Translations under genes and position numbers: made by a program
DNA from: an uncultured delta proteobacterium
GTDB taxonomy: Bacteria > Myxococcota_A > Polyangia > Fen-1088
Assembly: GCA_963737265.1 (NCBI GenBank)
Contig: CAVTRY010000023.1
Location: 160,001-224,000, forward strand
DNA: 64,000 nucleotides
Direction of reading: 5' to 3'
Shown: positions 60,313 through 64,000 of the stretch, piece by piece
Layout: each line of letters opens with the position of its first letter
Position numbering within the stretch: position 1 is the stretch's first letter
Notes under the pieces: model-generated
Databases searched by the model: none
Told to the model about the DNA's origin: nothing
What the model saw: the letters and a program-made list of their open reading frames with translations, nothing else

Positions 60313-60708
60313 ATGAACCCCTCGCCGCCGTCGCTCGACAAACGCGTGGAGAGCAAGATCGCCAACCTGCTCCGGTTCGGCGTCCTGCTATCCGCCGGAT
60401 TGATTGTGGTCGGGGCGGCCCTCTATCTGCGGCGGCACGAACAATCGGCCGCCGCCTATCGTGTGTTCCGTGACGATCTCCCCGAGCTACGCACGGTGGG
60501 AGGCATCTTCCGTTCTGCCTGCGCGCTCCGTGGACGCGGGGTCATTCAACTTGGCATCTTGGCCTTAATCGCCACGCCGGTGGCACGCGTCGTGTTGTCG
60601 ATCTGGGGATTCGCGGTCATGCGAGACAGGACCTACGTAGTCATCGCCAGCTTGGTACTTGCCACTTTGTGCTACAGCCTCTTCGGGACCTCGGCCCGGC
60701 TGGGCTAG
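60313..60708 (+). CDS. DUF1634 membrane protein
   Basis: LLRFGVLLS, IQLGILALIATPVARV, RDRTYV; usual partner of this TSUP subfamily. Confidence 0.88.
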   Translation: MNPSPPSLDKRVESKIANLLRFGVLLSAGLIVVGAALYLRRHEQSAAAYRVFRDDLPELRTVGGIFRSACALRGRGVIQLGILALIATPVARVVLSIWGFAVMRDRTYVVIASLVLATLCYSLFGTSARLG

Positions 60709-60747
60709 CGCCACGACTGCAAATCACCTTCGCCAATCGCGCCGCGA

Positions 60748-61527
60748 TCACGATCGCCGGGGAACGACCAATTGCACTGCCGCCGATTGTACCCAACCCC
60801 GGCGTCCCTGGCCATCGCGCACGCGCAGGAAGTCTCCGTGGTGGCCGATGATGGAGATCTCCTCGCCCTCGCTGAGCACGGCTTCGCTGGCCGCCGAATC
60901 GAACGGAGAGACTCGGACGGGCGCGGTCTTTCTCTCGACGACCACCGCATGATCCAGATCTCGATCCAGAACCACAGCCGCAGCAAGTGTCGACACGCCA
61001 ACCAGGGCGGCGAAGACCCCGGCATGGACAAGGCGACGCATCCGCCACTTTCGTCCCGCTAGAAACGCCACACACGCCAGCCAGAAACCGGAGAGCGCAA
61101 GCAGGGTCCAGGTGGTCAGAGAAAAGGTCCGTGCCAATCGCTGATACCAAGGTTGCATAGGAGCCGGCAGACCGGCCTTCGCCCGAACATAGGCCAGGTT
61201 GGCTGCGATGTCAGGATCGCGCGGCGCAAGCACCTGCGCGCGCTCGTAGTTCAATACCGCAAGGCCCACATTGCCCTCCTGGGCATAAGCGTTGGCGAGA
61301 TCGTAGAGGAGCGGTGCCGACCACCCGTGCGATCGCGCGAGAGTGTCGAAATCCGCCACTGCATCGGCGTAGTGTCCCCCGGAATAGGCGCGGTTGGCCT
61401 CGTCGAAGCTCGGGCCACCCGACTCGGCGCGTGCGGGGCTGGCAACGCTCAGCACTACAGCAGCCGCTAGTAGGAAGCTGCCGGGGTTCAGCCAACGCGA
61501 CAAGGTCGACGATGTCCCACAGGTCAT
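60748..61527 (-). CDS. batE: BatE-like TPR + SH3 protein
   Basis: FDEANRAY, YDLANAY...GLAVLNYERA..LAPRDPDIAANL, TM helices, C-terminal EG...GWV. Confidence 0.85.
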   Translation of the reverse strand: MTCGTSSTLSRWLNPGSFLLAAAVVLSVASPARAESGGPSFDEANRAYSGGHYADAVADFDTLARSHGWSAPLLYDLANAYAQEGNVGLAVLNYERAQVLAPRDPDIAANLAYVRAKAGLPAPMQPWYQRLARTFSLTTWTLLALSGFWLACVAFLAGRKWRMRRLVHAGVFAALVGVSTLAAAVVLDRDLDHAVVVERKTAPVRVSPFDSAASEAVLSEGEEISIIGHHGDFLRVRDGQGRRGWVQSAAVQLVVPRRS

Positions 61528-63392
61528 GTTCGGTTCTCCATCTGGTCGAGCCTACGCTCGATGGTTTCTTGAAGCGTGGCCAACGACGACGGATCCTCGG
61601 CCACGCCGCCGTAGCGAAGACGCTCTGCCGACCTCAGCGCAGCGACAATGGGCTCGTCGTCCTGGCCCAGCCTGGCCGCGGCCTCGGCAGAGGTAATCTC
61701 GTCGGGGGCGACCTTCCACATCTCGCCGAGGCGCTGGCGCAAGGCTGCCCCGGCTGCTTCATGGAAGCGGATCGTATCTCCGGCGGCAGCGGCGCTCTTC
61801 ATCGCCGCGCGATGCTGCGCAACGGTTTCGCGAAGAGCTCGTCGACGCGTGCGCTCGGAGATCCCCCGCGCACGCGGCCGAGCAAACACGATCCCCAGCC
61901 CAAGCCAAGGAACGGCCACGGTCGGCCAAAACCACGAACGCCGATACGGTGGCAACAGCGTTGCCACGAATCGCCCTTCGTCAACCTGGTTGGGCCGCAA
62001 CCCCACTGTTGGCTCTTCAGCAGTTGAGGGGGAAAGCTTTGGCAGATTCGCGGTGGGCGCAGGGGTTCCGGCCTGGATGATCGCGATGTCCGCCAAGATC
62101 GGCGTGGTCGACCGAGTCACGTACTGGTTTCGCTCGGGATCGAAGAAGCTGAACGACAGGGAGGGAAGCTCGATTCGGCCACTCGCCTGCGGCACCACCG
62201 CCTGTTCGAAGATCTTGGTACCCTCCGGCGTGAGCTTTGCGCTTGGTGGATAGGTCTTCCAATTCGCCGAAGAGGACAGACCTGGAATCGATACTCGGTC
62301 CAGGTTGCCCTGCCCCGTGACCTCGATCTTCAAGGTCATGGGCGCAAACATCGCACCTGAGCTCGGCGCAAGGCTTGCGCGCACGTCGAAACGCCCGACC
62401 GCGCCGTTGTAGTCGGCCGGCTGGCCCTTGCTGGGCGGGGCCAACACCTCGACCGCCTGCACCGGCGCGCGCAGGGTCATCTCGCGCTCCCGCACCTGGC
62501 CGAACACGTCGCCGAGACCGCCGCCGAAAACGGATTGCTTCATAAAGGAACGCATCATCGCCGAAGGCGAGGCCGAAAACGCGTCGTCATCGTCGAGCAT
62601 GCCGGCAAAGGGATCTGTGGCAGGCCGTTGCGAAGCCTCGCGATAGCGTGCCACGATGGGAAGCGATGCCTGGGTTGCGAAGTGCCCAGGCATGGCGGCC
62701 GAAGCTTGCCCCGTCCAGGTGGCGACGCGGTATGGGACGCCGCCGATCGATTCAACGCTCTGCCGGGGCTTGTCCTCCATATGGTTGATGGTGAAGGCAG
62801 CAATCCCCAAGCTCGGCACACCCGAGAGCGTGACCTCGGTGCCGGCGCGGAAATACGCCTTGAACGTCACGGGCACGGATTGCCCGATGAATAGCTTCTT
62901 GCTCGGCAGCACGACGCGAAGAAAGGCCAGTGAACTCTGCTCGGCTCCCTGGTGAGCTGAGCCACCGGGCGCCGAAGGCAGAGTCGCCGTGGGACCGAAG
63001 GTCGCAGGCCCGCTTCCACTGCCAGCGGGACCGACTTTGAGGGTGAGCGTGTGTCCTCCGACCGGGATGTTGTACGTACCCGGCCGATCCGCGACAACCT
63101 GATAGAGAAACCAGGTGTGCTGCGACATCACGCCATTGATGTCGGTCATCTCGGTGCTTTGGCCAGTGCGCTGAAAATGCAGACCTTCTACGTGCGGAAG
63201 TGCCGGTTGGCTGCCATCGGCCGCAGCCACGCGAAGCTCGGCGGCCTCGTCGAGCGCGATCTGCGACGGACTGATCTCCGCCGTCGCTTCGGCGCCCGCG
63301 GCGGCGGCGTTTCTTCCCAGTGCCAGGAGCGTACCCAGACCGATAGCGGCTAGTTTGAGGTGGGCATGCTTGTTCGATTGCATGGTCTTCAC
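61524..63392 (-). CDS. batD: BatD-family protein
   Basis: Signal peptide, INGV, FIGQSV, YNGAVGRF, VTGQGN, FSFFDP, C-terminal TM; start GTG 63392 or ATG 63383. Confidence 0.87.
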   Translation of the reverse strand: MKTMQSNKHAHLKLAAIGLGTLLALGRNAAAAGAEATAEISPSQIALDEAAELRVAAADGSQPALPHVEGLHFQRTGQSTEMTDINGVMSQHTWFLYQVVADRPGTYNIPVGGHTLTLKVGPAGSGSGPATFGPTATLPSAPGGSAHQGAEQSSLAFLRVVLPSKKLFIGQSVPVTFKAYFRAGTEVTLSGVPSLGIAAFTINHMEDKPRQSVESIGGVPYRVATWTGQASAAMPGHFATQASLPIVARYREASQRPATDPFAGMLDDDDAFSASPSAMMRSFMKQSVFGGGLGDVFGQVREREMTLRAPVQAVEVLAPPSKGQPADYNGAVGRFDVRASLAPSSGAMFAPMTLKIEVTGQGNLDRVSIPGLSSSANWKTYPPSAKLTPEGTKIFEQAVVPQASGRIELPSLSFSFFDPERNQYVTRSTTPILADIAIIQAGTPAPTANLPKLSPSTAEEPTVGLRPNQVDEGRFVATLLPPYRRSWFWPTVAVPWLGLGIVFARPRARGISERTRRRALRETVAQHRAAMKSAAAAGDTIRFHEAAGAALRQRLGEMWKVAPDEITSAEAAARLGQDDEPIVAALRSAERLRYGGVAEDPSSLATLQETIERRLDQMENRT

Positions 63393-64000
63393 CAATCCTT
63401 TCGGACCGTATCTTCAGCACTCGGGCGGTTCGGCCCCGTGGGCGCCATGGGCATCAGCTTCTCGTCTCCACGAACGGCATCGAGAAGTTGTTTGGCATCG
63501 TTCTTGGAGAGCTTTCCGGGAACCTCGGGCTCCTTTGGCTCCTTGCTTGCTTCATCGCCCGCGTTCGCCGTGCCGGCCGGAGGCTGTCCGGGCGAAGCCG
63601 CCGCCGGCTTCGGCTGGGCTATCCCCTGCTGCGGCTGTCCGGAGTTCTGCGCATTCTGCTGGTCCTGTGGACCCTTCTGGTTCTTCTTGATCCTGCTGGT
63701 CTTTCTGATTCTTCTGTTCCTCGCCCTGTTGGCCGTTCTGGGCCTGCTTGTCTTGCTTGTTCTGTCGGCCCTGCTGGTCCTGCTTGCCCTGTTGGCCAGA
63801 CTTGCCCGACTTGTCGTCCTTCTTCTTGTCGTTCTTCTTCTCGTCCTGCTGCTTCTTCTTTTCGTCTTGCTGTTTCTGCTGCTCTTCGAGCGCGGCCAGC
63901 CTTCGCTTGACTAGATCCCGGTTGAAAACAGCGTCTTGGTCCTTCGGATTCAGCTTCAAGGCCGATTCGTAGGATGCGATGGACTTCTTCCACTTCTCCG
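63389..64000 (-). CDS. BatB/BatC-like TPR protein, C-terminal part (partial; frameshift at ~63689)
   Basis: YESALKLNPKDQDAVFNRDLV, Q/K-rich linker, LSKNDAKQLLDAV...KDW* terminus. Confidence 0.8.

Noticed and set aside
6100-63700. Pseudogenisation or programmed frameshifting at ~6110, 8234, 19175, 38851, 41122, 41174, 43568 and 63689
   Set aside because: All are fixed by removing a single base, in otherwise intact genes with no shared slippery motif; most consistent with sequencing insertion errors, which read polishing would confirm

Overview
GC-rich bacterial DNA. The Ser/Thr kinases, DUF4388/roadblock proteins, Gly/Thr-linker lipoproteins and bat genes suggest an anaerobic member of Myxococcota (inference). 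From left to right: a PAS hybrid histidine kinase; an intact IS4 (17-bp IRs, 11-bp TSD) inserted in the tail of an inverted-repeat-bounded GxxExxY gene; an NAD-linked [FeFe]-hydrogenase with an apparent HydC-HydB fusion and a Rex-like operator; a ~22-kb accessory island (recombinase and RHS remnants, RAYT-type transposase with a repeat array, PIN toxin-antitoxin pair, scrambled IS66, ardC, a four-gene DUF499/DUF3780/DUF1156/PLD-helicase restriction-like defence system followed by an ABC-ATPase/DUF4276 pair, IS91 remnant); two Ser/Thr kinases flanking a serine hydrolase-NamZ fusion; an unusual operon in which an Mvh-like [NiFe]-hydrogenase sits among V4R, REC-DUF4388, roadblock/LC7, OmpA and coiled-coil genes (top candidate: an H2/redox-sensing signalling or polarity module); a cobalamin-riboswitch btuB/btuG-like pair; a second repeat region; pal/tolA-like genes; a two-component system; a tauE-DUF1634 cassette bounded by a duplicated batE 3' end; and the end of a bat operon. 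At least eight genes or gene segments are broken by apparent single-base insertions, most likely sequencing errors, and are annotated as joined. All family assignments come from motif recognition by eye; no database was searched.
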